From NCBI GenBank assembly GCA_025936075.1, contig JAICUC010000001.1, positions 1 to 47,298 on the forward strand: a stretch of 47,298 nucleotides of DNA, given 5' to 3'. Made by a program: the position numbers and the translations under genes. Shown piece after piece: positions 1 to 9,395 of this stretch; position 1 is the stretch's first letter, and every line of letters starts with the position of its first letter. Origin of the DNA: Nitrospira sp. (GTDB taxonomy: Bacteria > Nitrospirota > Nitrospiria > Nitrospirales > Nitrospiraceae). Below the pieces are notes generated by a model. It was not told the DNA's origin, made no database searches, and was given only the letters and a program-made list of their open reading frames with translations.

Positions 1-4
1 AGGA

Positions 5-1252
5 TTGCGAGTCTCTGATGAGGATGAGATGGAGATACAGAAAACATTCGTTCCGGATGTCGATGCCGATGACGCCAAGGCGAGCGGCATGCTGGGAATG
101 ATCAGCCGTGAGGCTGAGGAATCCGGATCGGATGAGAAGCCCCAGCCGGTCATGCGTACAAGCCGCGGCGCCAGCCCGTTTCTCCTGGAAGCCTTATACT
201 TCCGATCGTTCGGCGATCGGGGGCTTTTGACCCGAGAAGAAGAGACCGCGATCGCCAAGCGGGTGGACCATGGGACACGGCGCATTCGAGTTGCTCTGCG
301 CCAGGCCATAAGAGCCTTGTTCAAATCCAAACGGACACCCGTTTTTGCTGACAGCATTAAAGTACTCCAGATGGTCAGACGGTTGAGCGGGCTTTCGGCT
401 ACGGCGTTGGACAATGCCGAAAAGGCCTTAAGCATCGCCATTAATCCGTCGGACCCAGACTTAAAGCTTACTCCAGCTACAGCAAAGATACTAAAGGCGT
501 TGCTCGATGAAATCCATGCCGCTAGGGCTATCCTGGAGCAAGGCAAAGATGAACTCGTACGGTGTAATCTTCGTTTGGTGGTGGATGTTGCCAAACATTA
601 CACGGGGCGAGGATTGAGCTTGCTCGATCTCGTACAAGAAGGCAACATCGGTCTGATGAAAGCGGCGGAGCGATATCAGTATCGAAAGGGATTCAAATTC
701 AGTACCTATGCAACGTGGTGGATTCGGCAGGGCATCACTCGGGCGCTTGCGGATCAATCAAGAACGATCCGCATACCGGTCCACCAAACCGAAGCCTCGC
801 ATCGAATCCTGCGTGTGATGCGGAGACTTGGGCAACAGTTTGGACGTCCCGCTCGCTTGGAAGAGATTGCTCAGGTGCTGCATATGAGACCTGAGCGACT
901 CCGAGAGACTGTGCTGGCCTTTCAGGAGCCAGTGGCTCTGGAAACTCCGATCGGTGATGGAGATACACAGTTCGGGGATATGATTCCGGACCAGCAGGCA
1001 GTTCCGCCCGACGCTCATGTCCACCGCAGTGAACTAACGGAACAACTGGACCGTATCTTAAGCATCCTCACACCTCGCGAGCAAATCGTCATCAGGCTCC
1101 GCTTCGGGATCGGCTACGATGAAGCCAGCACCTTGGAGCAAGTCGGCCAAAGCTTGTCCGTGACGCGAGAGCGTATCCGCCAAATTGAGGCAAAAGCACT
1201 TAAAAAACTGAAGACCCCTCAGATCAAGGAGCTCTTCGCAGCCATCAAGTAA
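5..1252 (+). CDS. RNA polymerase sigma-70 factor (RpoD/SigA-like); start uncertain, may extend past window edge
   Basis: Region 2 NLRLVVDVAKHY...DLVQEGNIGLMKAAERY...FSTYATWWIRQ, RTIRIPVH, and region 4 TLEQVGQSLSVTRERIRQIEAKAL. Confidence 0.93.
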   Translation: MRVSDEDEMEIQKTFVPDVDADDAKASGMLGMISREAEESGSDEKPQPVMRTSRGASPFLLEALYFRSFGDRGLLTREEETAIAKRVDHGTRRIRVALRQAIRALFKSKRTPVFADSIKVLQMVRRLSGLSATALDNAEKALSIAINPSDPDLKLTPATAKILKALLDEIHAARAILEQGKDELVRCNLRLVVDVAKHYTGRGLSLLDLVQEGNIGLMKAAERYQYRKGFKFSTYATWWIRQGITRALADQSRTIRIPVHQTEASHRILRVMRRLGQQFGRPARLEEIAQVLHMRPERLRETVLAFQEPVALETPIGDGDTQFGDMIPDQQAVPPDAHVHRSELTEQLDRILSILTPREQIVIRLRFGIGYDEASTLEQVGQSLSVTRERIRQIEAKALKKLKTPQIKELFAAIK

Positions 1253-1265
1253 CCTCTTCGATTCA

Positions 1266-1309
1266 CGGGTTGCGAGAGCAGTCTCGCCGCTTCGCAACCC
1301 GACTTTCCT
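1266..1309 (+). terminator. Probable intrinsic terminator after sigma factor gene
   Basis: 10-bp inverted repeat CGGGTTGCGA/TCGCAACCCG followed by a pyrimidine run. Confidence 0.55.
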
Positions 1310-1452
1310 CTACATAGTGAGTTATGCAACAATGTTCCAACCATGCTGGACCTGTTCTCTCTCTTCACAACCGTAATCCCTGGTGCTGACTTCGGGTGGA
1401 TGTTTTACCATCCTCATAGGATGGTATCGTTCCCCTTGATCGTGTAATCCTC

Positions 1453-2169
1453 ATGATCGATGCGAACACCATGATATCTCCGCATTTAAGGTCTCCTTAC
1501 ATTCATATGGGCGCGGTTCGCATCTTTCCAGAACCGGTTCCCTATCTCATCGCGTGGGAAATACAGTCTCGCTTGCATGAGGAGCGTCTCCTGAGTCTCC
1601 AACCGGATACTGTTTTGATTCTTGAACATTCTCCGGTCTATACGCTCGGACGTAGGACGAGACCGTCGCATTGGGGAGGCAGTGAATCAGCGTTATGCAC
1701 TGATGGGGCGGAACTGCACCACGTCAATCGTGGAGGATCAGTGACTTTTCACGGCCCCGGACAGATTGTCGTCTACCCAGTGATCACGCTTGATCGGCAT
1801 GCGGCGGGACCCAGGCAATTGGTCTGGTTGCTAGAGGAAGTTATTATTCGGGTACTCGGACTCTGGAACATTACCGGCTCTCGTATCGTTGGCAAACCAG
1901 GTGTGTGGATCATGACTCCTGAGCCACAGAAAATCGCATTTTTGGGCATACGAATTGAGCACGGCGTGACATTGCATGGGTTCGCTCTGAATGTTGATTT
2001 GGATCTGGCGCCGTTCCAGCGGATCCATCCCTGCGGATTTCCTGATTGCCGAGTGACCTCCATGTCCGCCATACGCCAAACCGTTGTCCCAGTTGACATC
2101 GTCAAGCAGGAACTCGCTCGGACCTTTGCGGCGGTGTTTGCCTTCAACTGGTCGACTGTGGTCGCATGA
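1453..2169 (+). CDS. lipB: Lipoyl(octanoyl) transferase
   Basis: LEHSPVYTLG, RGGSVTFHGPGQIVVYP, HGFALNV, IHPCG motifs. Confidence 0.93.
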   Translation: MIDANTMISPHLRSPYIHMGAVRIFPEPVPYLIAWEIQSRLHEERLLSLQPDTVLILEHSPVYTLGRRTRPSHWGGSESALCTDGAELHHVNRGGSVTFHGPGQIVVYPVITLDRHAAGPRQLVWLLEEVIIRVLGLWNITGSRIVGKPGVWIMTPEPQKIAFLGIRIEHGVTLHGFALNVDLDLAPFQRIHPCGFPDCRVTSMSAIRQTVVPVDIVKQELARTFAAVFAFNWSTVVA

Positions 2170-2214
2170 CACGCCGACGTACAAAACCGACTGGTGTTGG
2201 CGCAGAGATGTCCT

Positions 2215-3465
2215 ATGCAGGAACTTGATACACCGACGTTTCGCCTGGCCGTCGCGCAATTCGATCAGGCAGCGGAAGCGATGGGACTTGATCCAAATCT
2301 CCGCGAACGTTTGAAACTTCCACAACGTTCTCTCGTCGTCAGCCTTCCAGTTCGGATGGACGACGGACACGTGGAGGTTTTTACGGGCTACCGCGTACAA
2401 CATGATTCATCACGGGGTCCGTCCAAGGGGGGCGTGCGTTACCATCCCGACGTGAATCTCGGTGAGGTGGCCGCTCTTGCAATGTGGATGACATGGAAAT
2501 GCGCATTGGCCGGCTTACCGTACGGGGGAGCCAAAGGCGGGGTCACCGTTGTGCCGAAACAATTGTCTCCCGCCGAGTTACAGCGGCTGACACGACGATA
2601 TGCTGCGGAGATTTTCCCCCTGATCGGTCCCGACAAGGATGTACCGGCTCCAGATGTGGGGACCGACGCTCAGGTCATGGCATGGATGATGGATACTTAC
2701 AGCCAGCAAGTCGGCTACGCCGTTCCTGGAGTGGTAACCGGCAAGCCTCTTTCGATCGGAGGAAGCCTGGGCCGTGAAGAAGCGACGGGACGCGGAGTCG
2801 TCTACGTAACGCAAGAGGTACTGCATCACCTCAAATTGCCGATTGAAAATGCCACGGTGGCAATTCAAGGATTCGGAAATGTCGGCTCACACACCGCCCG
2901 CATCATGCAGCAACAAGGTGCACGCGTCATTGCCGTCAGCGATGTACACGGTGGAATTTATAACTCCAATGGGTTGAATGTCATGGAGTTGCTTCGTCGC
3001 GATCCAAGCCAACCGTTGCATGACACCAAGCTCGGGGATACGATCACCAACGAGGAACTCCTGCGATTGGAGTGTACCGTTCTCGTACCGGCCGCCCTCT
3101 CGGAACAGATCACAAGCAAAAATGCCAATTCTTTGAGGTGCCGAATTCTGTCTGAAGGAGCGAACGGTCCGACGACTTTGGAGGCCGACTGCATCCTTGC
3201 AGATAAAGACATCTTCGTCATCCCCGATATTCTCGCTAACTCCGGCGGCGTCATTGTCTCTTACTTTGAATGGGTGCAGGACCTGCAGCGATTTTTTTGG
3301 AGCGCCTCAGACATCCGGAATCGGCTCCAAGACATCATCACGTCTGCTTTTCAGCGAACACTTCATTTTTCGACCGAGCGCCGCGTATCGATGCGCATGG
3401 CAGCTCTCATAAGTGGGATTGATCAAGTTGCTCAAGCACATCTCCAGCGTGGACTGTATCCCTGA
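2215..3465 (+). CDS. gdhA: Glu/Leu/Phe/Val dehydrogenase (glutamate dehydrogenase)
   Basis: GPSKGGVRY, MTWK, GGAKGG, DVPAPD, GFGNVG, EGANGP, PDILANSGGV. Confidence 0.92.
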   Translation: MQELDTPTFRLAVAQFDQAAEAMGLDPNLRERLKLPQRSLVVSLPVRMDDGHVEVFTGYRVQHDSSRGPSKGGVRYHPDVNLGEVAALAMWMTWKCALAGLPYGGAKGGVTVVPKQLSPAELQRLTRRYAAEIFPLIGPDKDVPAPDVGTDAQVMAWMMDTYSQQVGYAVPGVVTGKPLSIGGSLGREEATGRGVVYVTQEVLHHLKLPIENATVAIQGFGNVGSHTARIMQQQGARVIAVSDVHGGIYNSNGLNVMELLRRDPSQPLHDTKLGDTITNEELLRLECTVLVPAALSEQITSKNANSLRCRILSEGANGPTTLEADCILADKDIFVIPDILANSGGVIVSYFEWVQDLQRFFWSASDIRNRLQDIITSAFQRTLHFSTERRVSMRMAALISGIDQVAQAHLQRGLYP

Positions 3466-3560
3466 TCCTGCGATTCCTCCTGGGTTGATACTTGCTCCTT
3501 ACGACCCACCTTCACTAAGGAGCTGGCTTGTCACATGGCGGAGAGGGAAAGGAGCACCTC

Positions 3561-3854
3561 ATGGATCGGAGCATGGTTGCAACAGCGTGGGAACAGCATT
3601 GTGCCGAGGGGTGGCCTCATTTTTCGAGCCCACATCAAGGACAATTGATGACGATCGACACGGTCATTAGCGGTTGTGTGGTCTATTTTCTCGATAGTTC
3701 CGAGGGTCTCGACGACCCACGGGTTGCCATCGTGAAAGACTGTTTGGGAGATCTCGATGAACTGACGAAAGCATTGGACACAGAGCCCCAAGCCTACTTC
3801 TACCGGCTTCGTGAACTCGGAGCGATGTTGCTGGGTGATGAGTCTCAAGCATGA
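3561..3854 (+). CDS. Hypothetical helical protein (97 aa)
   Basis: Strong RBS (GAAAGGAG) before ATG 3561; coding-like composition. Confidence 0.7.
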   Translation: MDRSMVATAWEQHCAEGWPHFSSPHQGQLMTIDTVISGCVVYFLDSSEGLDDPRVAIVKDCLGDLDELTKALDTEPQAYFYRLRELGAMLLGDESQA

Positions 3855-4027
3855 TACGAGAACACTAGGCCGACTCGTCGAGTCGTTTGTCCAGCAGCCG
3901 TTCTCGCATCCCGTTCCTTGCACGTCTAATAGCTCTTGGCTACAATGTGTCATATACCAGTTATGATTTTATCGATTCATCTATTCTGATCAAGTCACGA
4001 ACCCTTACGAAAGAAACGCTAGATACC

Positions 4028-4558
4028 ATGACGAAAGCGCCTATAGTACGGATGGCAATTATTCTACTGACGAGCATTCTAGCAACGGTTGACTCGGCTC
4101 ATGCTGAGCCGTATGAATTAAGCAAGAGCGATGTCACGGAACCAAAGGCGATTTCGAGCGCGGAGATTTCACTGTTCGGCGTCAAACTCGGTGACTCGGA
4201 ATCCAAAGCCGTTGAAACGCTCGTAAATGAAAAGATTTCCGGAGTCAAAGCTGAGCAGGAAGCGACTTTCATCTTTCTGCTCGATCAACGAAAACCAACA
4301 GGTCCAATGGCCGGGGTGCGTATTCAGGATGGTAAAGTCGACCTCCTTTTCATTAATAACCGGTTCGCATATAAGACCAGAGGTATTTTTCGCAACGTGC
4401 TCAATAGTGAGAGTCCAGAGGACATCCGAAAGTTATTAGGTCAGGAGGAGTATGGCGACGAAAACGTCATGGGCGCCGTCATGGCGTATGACAGACAAGG
4501 TTTTCAGGTGAATTACCTTGGGAAGGACATCAACATCGAGTTTGCCGCCCCTCGGTAG
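4028..4558 (+). CDS. Hypothetical exported protein
   Basis: Signal peptide MTKAPIVRMAIILLTSILATVDSAHA (AHA cleavage site). Confidence 0.75.
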   Translation: MTKAPIVRMAIILLTSILATVDSAHAEPYELSKSDVTEPKAISSAEISLFGVKLGDSESKAVETLVNEKISGVKAEQEATFIFLLDQRKPTGPMAGVRIQDGKVDLLFINNRFAYKTRGIFRNVLNSESPEDIRKLLGQEEYGDENVMGAVMAYDRQGFQVNYLGKDINIEFAAPR

Positions 4559-4826
4559 CCCTTCCCAATACCGATGTCATCAATCAGAAGTTGTACCAAG
4601 ACTAATTTTTGTTCGCCAAAGACGAAGAAACGCTTCTTTAAAAGTGATTTCTCAGAGCTGAGACGAACTGTAGAAATTTGGCGAACATCGTTGGAATAAT
4701 CGTGGACGGTTCACATCTTCACTTGACGAAACAGAATACCGTGTCAGGCCGACATGCCGCACCGGTTAGGTACTCTACTGCTTCGCTAATAGAGCATAGA
4801 ACTGCCACGAATGAGAGCGGAGGTTG

Positions 4827-5759
4827 CTATTGGACGGTATTCGTGAGACGAAACCCGTAATCGATCAAACTTTTCGCGGTATTCCACCGGCGGTTAGAGT
4901 TCAGGATCACGAGGAGGAGATCGCTATCATTTTGAGAGACTTTAGCAATCAGGCATCGGCCTGCTTTGGATGTGAATCCGGTCTTCACCCCTACTACGCC
5001 GGGGATGCGTCCCAGTAATCGATTCGTGTTATGCAGGACGTAGGCGCGATATCCACTCACAGGTGTGATAATCTCTCGTTCCTCCTTGACGAGTTCTCGA
5101 AACACCGCGTTTCGCATCGCCACCTCACTAAGTTTCGCGAGATCTTCGGCTGTTGAATAATGATCGGGACCGTCAAAACCACACCCATTACTGAAGTGTG
5201 TGCCTGATAATCCAAGTGCTCGAGCTTTGGCATTCATCAACATCACAAATTGCTCTTCGTCGCCTCCGACATGCTCGACAGCCGCCAGGCAAGCATCATT
5301 GGCTGACACCATCATCATCGCCTTGAGCAAATCGCCAAGACGAAACACTTCCCCGGTCTTCATTCGCAGGTGAGTCTTGGGAGCTTTTGCCGCATTCCTG
5401 CTCACTGTTGCCAGATCATCCAGTCGCCCCTTCTCTAGAATGATCAGTGCCGACATAATCTTCGTTAGACTGGCCGGCGACAGACGCTTCTCCACCTCAT
5501 GCTCAAAGAGAATACGGCCGGACCGCAATTCCTTCAGGAGAATACTGTGTGCCGGAATGCGCTTCCAGGGGAAGGGTTGCGGAGCATAACTGACGGTATG
5601 AATGACCTGGTTCTTGAAGTGAGTTTCGTTTGCAGAGGCCGGAATGGTCGAGAAACCGATCAATGGGAGAAAGAAAACCCCAATGAGAGCAAGACAACAG
5701 AGGATTCGGCCCCAACTCTGCAAACGAGAATCAGGCCGGATGTGGTCCTTCTGTGCCAA
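4827..5759 (-). CDS. D-alanyl-D-alanine carboxypeptidase (peptidase S11)
   Basis: SxxK (PASLTK), SxN (SAN), KTG motifs; N-terminal hydrophobic segment. Confidence 0.92.
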   Translation of the reverse strand: MAQKDHIRPDSRLQSWGRILCCLALIGVFFLPLIGFSTIPASANETHFKNQVIHTVSYAPQPFPWKRIPAHSILLKELRSGRILFEHEVEKRLSPASLTKIMSALIILEKGRLDDLATVSRNAAKAPKTHLRMKTGEVFRLGDLLKAMMMVSANDACLAAVEHVGGDEEQFVMLMNAKARALGLSGTHFSNGCGFDGPDHYSTAEDLAKLSEVAMRNAVFRELVKEEREIITPVSGYRAYVLHNTNRLLGRIPGVVGVKTGFTSKAGRCLIAKVSQNDSDLLLVILNSNRRWNTAKSLIDYGFRLTNTVQ

Positions 5760-5774
5760 AAACGACCGCCTCTC

Positions 5775-5963
5775 TTAGAAAATGAACGATTCCCGTACTT
5801 TATCACCTTTCCGCCCACTATCAAGAACTTTATGAAAAAAACGGAGGAGGTCGGCCAAATCAATCCAGAACCCGCAATTGAGACAGCGGGCGTATATTCT
5901 CCTGCTCATGAGGGTATAGTGACGTTCCACCATCATAAACCCTCTGCACTTGAGGCACTGCAT
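5775..5963 (-). CDS. Small zinc-ribbon-like protein (62 aa)
   Basis: MQCLKC...RCLNCG, two CxxC motifs; lies between co-oriented genes. Confidence 0.7.
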   Translation of the reverse strand: MQCLKCRGFMMVERHYTLMSRRIYARCLNCGFWIDLADLLRFFHKVLDSGRKGDKVRESFIF

Positions 5964-5981
5964 ACATGTCCCGCTCTCTAC

Positions 5982-6188
5982 CTATCGAAGGCGATTCATA
6001 ATTAACGCGACACACCCGGCCAGTAATCCCCCGCCGATGAGCGTCGTGCCAAAATACACGAACACGTTCGTGCCTCCACTGGGTTGAGTCCCTTCCCACA
6101 GATCGCGAACCCCGCCCTGCACCATTAGAACGGAAAGGGTCATCAAGGCCCCAATCATGAACCACCATGCAAAGGATCGAAGCGCCAT
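5982..6188 (-). CDS. Small two-TM membrane protein
   Basis: Two hydrophobic segments; lies directly downstream of a sigma70-like promoter. Confidence 0.7.
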   Translation of the reverse strand: MALRSFAWWFMIGALMTLSVLMVQGGVRDLWEGTQPSGGTNVFVYFGTTLIGGGLLAGCVALIMNRLR

Positions 6189-6228
6189 CGTAGTCTTCGA
6201 AAATTTAAGGCTGTTTTACCCAACGGCC

Positions 6229-6257
6229 ACTCTAACGAAGGCTCTGTAGGCTGTCAA
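6229..6257 (-). promoter_or_regulatory. Sigma70-type promoter
   Basis: TTGACA-17 bp-TAGAGT on minus strand. Confidence 0.65.
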
Positions 6258-6281
6258 GAATAGACAGTGATCGCTCGCGTC

Positions 6282-7583
6282 CTACTCTCTTGCGTCCGAT
6301 TTCCCAATTGGTTTGAGTCCACGATGAAGAAAGATCGAGACGCTACCACTTCCATTGTCGGCAATGGCCAGTCCTGGTTCTTCTAGCCCCGAGGTAGTGA
6401 CACGAAATGACGAGAGAGCAAAGGGACCGAACTTCGTACGGTAATTTCTCGGAGGGTAATGAAAAGTGCCATCGCCCTTCCCGAATAAAATCGACAGGTC
6501 ATTGGACTGGATATTCACAATCGCGACATCCTCCAACTGATCACCATTGAAATCCCGCGCCAACCCAAAATTGGGGCCAGCATCAGCCCCGGAATCTTTA
6601 CCAGGTCGGAATGTCGCGTTGCCGTTGCCGAGAAATGTCGTGAAACTATCCTGCTCTCCATTGATGACCAATAGATCCCTGTGATGATCGTTATTGAAGT
6701 CGGCAAAACTCACGCCCAGAGGTCGGTGACCCGTCGAATAATCTTTGGGGTCACGAAAGGAACCGTCACCGTTGCCCAGCCAAATGGAGACTGCATTCGA
6801 CATAGGTCCTCCATTCGTTACCACCAAGTCCAATTTCCCATCAGCATTGAGATCGGACAAGGCAACGGATGTGGGAGTATCGCCATGTTCGTACTGGGCT
6901 CCGTGTCGAAATTCGCCGGTCCCGTTCCCTAGAAAGACTTTGACCTTGTCGTTCCGGAGGGCCACAACTAAATCCGTATGGTGATCGCCGTTGATATCGT
7001 CGGCGGCCAATGCAATCGGTGCACGATGTACCGGATATCGAGGTCCTTCTTCAAATTTTCCATCCCCACGTCCTAGCAAAATCATGACTTCGTCGCCGCC
7101 CGAACATGCCAGGGCGACATCGGCGTGCCGGTCTTGATTGAAGTTGCCCATCACGAGAGAACGTGGTTCCTGACAGACATGCAGCTGAACCTGATCTCTG
7201 AATGTACCGTCACCGTTCCCAAACAGAATCGAAAGGGTATTACTCGCAATATTGGTGGTGATGAGATCGGTGAACGAGTCATGATTAAGATCTCCGGTCA
7301 TCACAGTAGTTGGATTCTTACCGACCTTGTAACTAGCAAAATAATAAAAAGGGTCCGGGGGGTTATAGGGTTCACTCTTGGAACAGGCCCACAGGCCGTG
7401 ACCGATTAAAAGGGACACGCATAGCAGAGAGAGAATGGCCCTGGCCGCGTGCGATTTCCACTCGATGTTCCACACAGTCTCCGACACGTCAATCCTGTTG
7501 AATCCAGTGAATTTTGACGGTGAAATGAGAAGACCTAGTATACAGAGGGAGTCTTCCTTCTCGCAATCTGCCGCATACTTCAT
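6282..7583 (-). CDS. FG-GAP/VCBS repeat beta-propeller, probable lipoprotein (true start probably downstream, e.g. GTG 7475)
   Basis: Repeated D(F/L)NxDxxxD...GNGDGTF motifs; lipobox-like LWAC. Confidence 0.88.
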   Translation of the reverse strand: MKYAADCEKEDSLCILGLLISPSKFTGFNRIDVSETVWNIEWKSHAARAILSLLCVSLLIGHGLWACSKSEPYNPPDPFYYFASYKVGKNPTTVMTGDLNHDSFTDLITTNIASNTLSILFGNGDGTFRDQVQLHVCQEPRSLVMGNFNQDRHADVALACSGGDEVMILLGRGDGKFEEGPRYPVHRAPIALAADDINGDHHTDLVVALRNDKVKVFLGNGTGEFRHGAQYEHGDTPTSVALSDLNADGKLDLVVTNGGPMSNAVSIWLGNGDGSFRDPKDYSTGHRPLGVSFADFNNDHHRDLLVINGEQDSFTTFLGNGNATFRPGKDSGADAGPNFGLARDFNGDQLEDVAIVNIQSNDLSILFGKGDGTFHYPPRNYRTKFGPFALSSFRVTTSGLEEPGLAIADNGSGSVSIFLHRGLKPIGKSDARE

Positions 7584-7646
7584 CTGCCTTTGAATTTCGC
7601 CTTCCCCTTACGTTATGATGGCGCGATGTTCTTTAGGAGGAAAGCC

Positions 7647-7967
7647 ATGAGCAAAATTGTGAATGTTGATATCACGATGTATGGAATAGCCGAAGTTCTT
7701 ATGTGGTGTCTTGATCGAAACAAGGGACGTGTCTCCGGCGTCGATACGCCTGGTTTCAAAAAAATGCAGGAATTGTTGGCGGAGAAGCCCAAATCAGCGG
7801 ACTATTTTACGCTTGATCAGTTCTGGAAGAAAAAAGTGACGTTGCCTTTAACCGAGGATGAAGTCGCGACGATCGATCGTTGTCTATACGACATTCCCAA
7901 TTTTGACAACGAACCGCTTCCTCAGATCCGGCACAAGTTTTGGCCCCAGCAGGCGGAAGCCCACTGA
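7647..7967 (+). CDS. Hypothetical protein (106 aa)
   Basis: RBS AGGAGG upstream of ATG 7647. Confidence 0.75.
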   Translation: MSKIVNVDITMYGIAEVLMWCLDRNKGRVSGVDTPGFKKMQELLAEKPKSADYFTLDQFWKKKVTLPLTEDEVATIDRCLYDIPNFDNEPLPQIRHKFWPQQAEAH

Positions 7968-8041
7968 AGAGACGCTTCGATCCAGTCGGTTGAATTTTCT
8001 CCGAGACACGTTGGAATTGTCTGGCGAGAAGCTTCGGACTG

Positions 8042-9043
8042 TCAGAGTGTATCTTCGCCTCTGAGATACCTGCGGAAACGATCCATGAGCTCGGCTCCCA
8101 GGGTTCCGCCTTCGGGCTTCTTCATCGATGGATCGGCAAAATGTCCACGGATTTCCTGGAGACGCTTTTCCGCCTGATTGTTCCCCTGCAGACGCTTGGT
8201 TTTCTGGAGGGCGGTATCAAAAGCATCGAATGTCAATTCATGGTAACCGAATGAACGGATACGTTTGACGGCTTTCATCATCGCCTGATTCCGGAACGTC
8301 GTCAAATGATCGGAATCAACCTCCTTCAATCCCAACTTGCGGGCTCGCCGTTCAGCGGCCTTTCTGATTCCACTCCGCACGAAGTCGGGAGATGTTTGAA
8401 GACGCTTCCATGCCTCGTCGGTCCATGCAATTTGTTCCTTCGGTGTTTCCCATAGATCCTGCAAAACCGATGAATCGATCCGGGCAAGCTTTTTGGCCTT
8501 GGCAAGATCCTCCGTATCTCGCTTCAACATATCGGTCACGAATTCCAGCGCGATGGGCGGCGATTGCCTTAACTTCTCTTGAAGCAGCGACAAAGCTTCT
8601 TCGGTCCATTCCATTGCGGGATCCCCCTCCTCGTGGAGGTCACCAAGCGCTTCCACTTTTTCAAACAGCTCGACGTTCACTTCGAGATGCCCTCGTTCCT
8701 TTGCGATTTCCTCCGCAATCTGCTTGATCATCGCCCGCATAAATTCGGGCACCGTATCCAACCGTTCTTTGGCGGCGGCGGTCCATGGAAGACGGCCATC
8801 GGTCATCTCACCGACAGCAGATGCCATACCGGCTTCACCGCCCATACGTCCCATCATCTGTCCCTTAAACTGCTCGAGAATCTCTTCGGTGATTTTCTCG
8901 TACCCCAATTCACGCGCTTTCTTTTCAGCCAAACGACGGACCATGCCACGCAGAAATATCGGTGCGCGCTCCATTCGTTTGATCGCACCGTCGGTCCAGT
9001 GGATTTCCGTTGTATTCGGCTGTGAAGAATCTGATGCCGACAT
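8042..9043 (-). CDS. Protein with four PCP_red-like (protochlorophyllide reductase subunit B C-terminal) repeats
   Basis: Repeats WTxxAxxR(L/M)xxxPxF(L/M/V)Rxx(V/I)(R/K)xxAExxAxxxG; RBS AAGGAA before ATG 9043. Confidence 0.8.
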   Translation of the reverse strand: MSASDSSQPNTTEIHWTDGAIKRMERAPIFLRGMVRRLAEKKARELGYEKITEEILEQFKGQMMGRMGGEAGMASAVGEMTDGRLPWTAAAKERLDTVPEFMRAMIKQIAEEIAKERGHLEVNVELFEKVEALGDLHEEGDPAMEWTEEALSLLQEKLRQSPPIALEFVTDMLKRDTEDLAKAKKLARIDSSVLQDLWETPKEQIAWTDEAWKRLQTSPDFVRSGIRKAAERRARKLGLKEVDSDHLTTFRNQAMMKAVKRIRSFGYHELTFDAFDTALQKTKRLQGNNQAEKRLQEIRGHFADPSMKKPEGGTLGAELMDRFRRYLRGEDTL

Positions 9044-9068
9044 TGGTTCCTTTTTCACCAGACGATCG

Positions 9069-9347
9069 CTATTGATTGAGCAATTCCTTCAGTTCTTTGC
9101 CGGCTTTAAAAAAGGGAACCCGCTTGGCCGGGACGGCAACCGTCTCTCCGGTCTTTGGATTTCTCCCTTCCTTCATCCGACGAGCCCGAAGCCGAAAGCT
9201 GCCGAAGCCTCGGATCTCGGTTTTGTCGCCTTTTTTCAGCGAATCTCTGACACAATCGAAAATGGTGTTGACGACCACTTCTGCCTGTCGCTTCGTCAAG
9301 GTGGTGACTTGCTCAGAAACTTTTTCGATAATCTGGGCCTTGGTCAT
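9069..9347 (-). CDS. ihfB: Integration host factor beta / HU family
   Basis: EIRGFGSF, GRNPKTGE, PFFKAGKEL; rpsA-sppA-ihfB context. Confidence 0.85.
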   Translation of the reverse strand: MTKAQIIEKVSEQVTTLTKRQAEVVVNTIFDCVRDSLKKGDKTEIRGFGSFRLRARRMKEGRNPKTGETVAVPAKRVPFFKAGKELKELLNQ

Positions 9348-9395
9348 GTCCGCTCTCCCTTCGTCGCGAGAACCGTCACACCTTCATTGACATAG

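Noticed and set aside
6282-7400. Repeats in the FG-GAP gene as a CRISPR or DNA repeat array
   Set aside because: Protein-level repeats only; no identical DNA repeats with spacers
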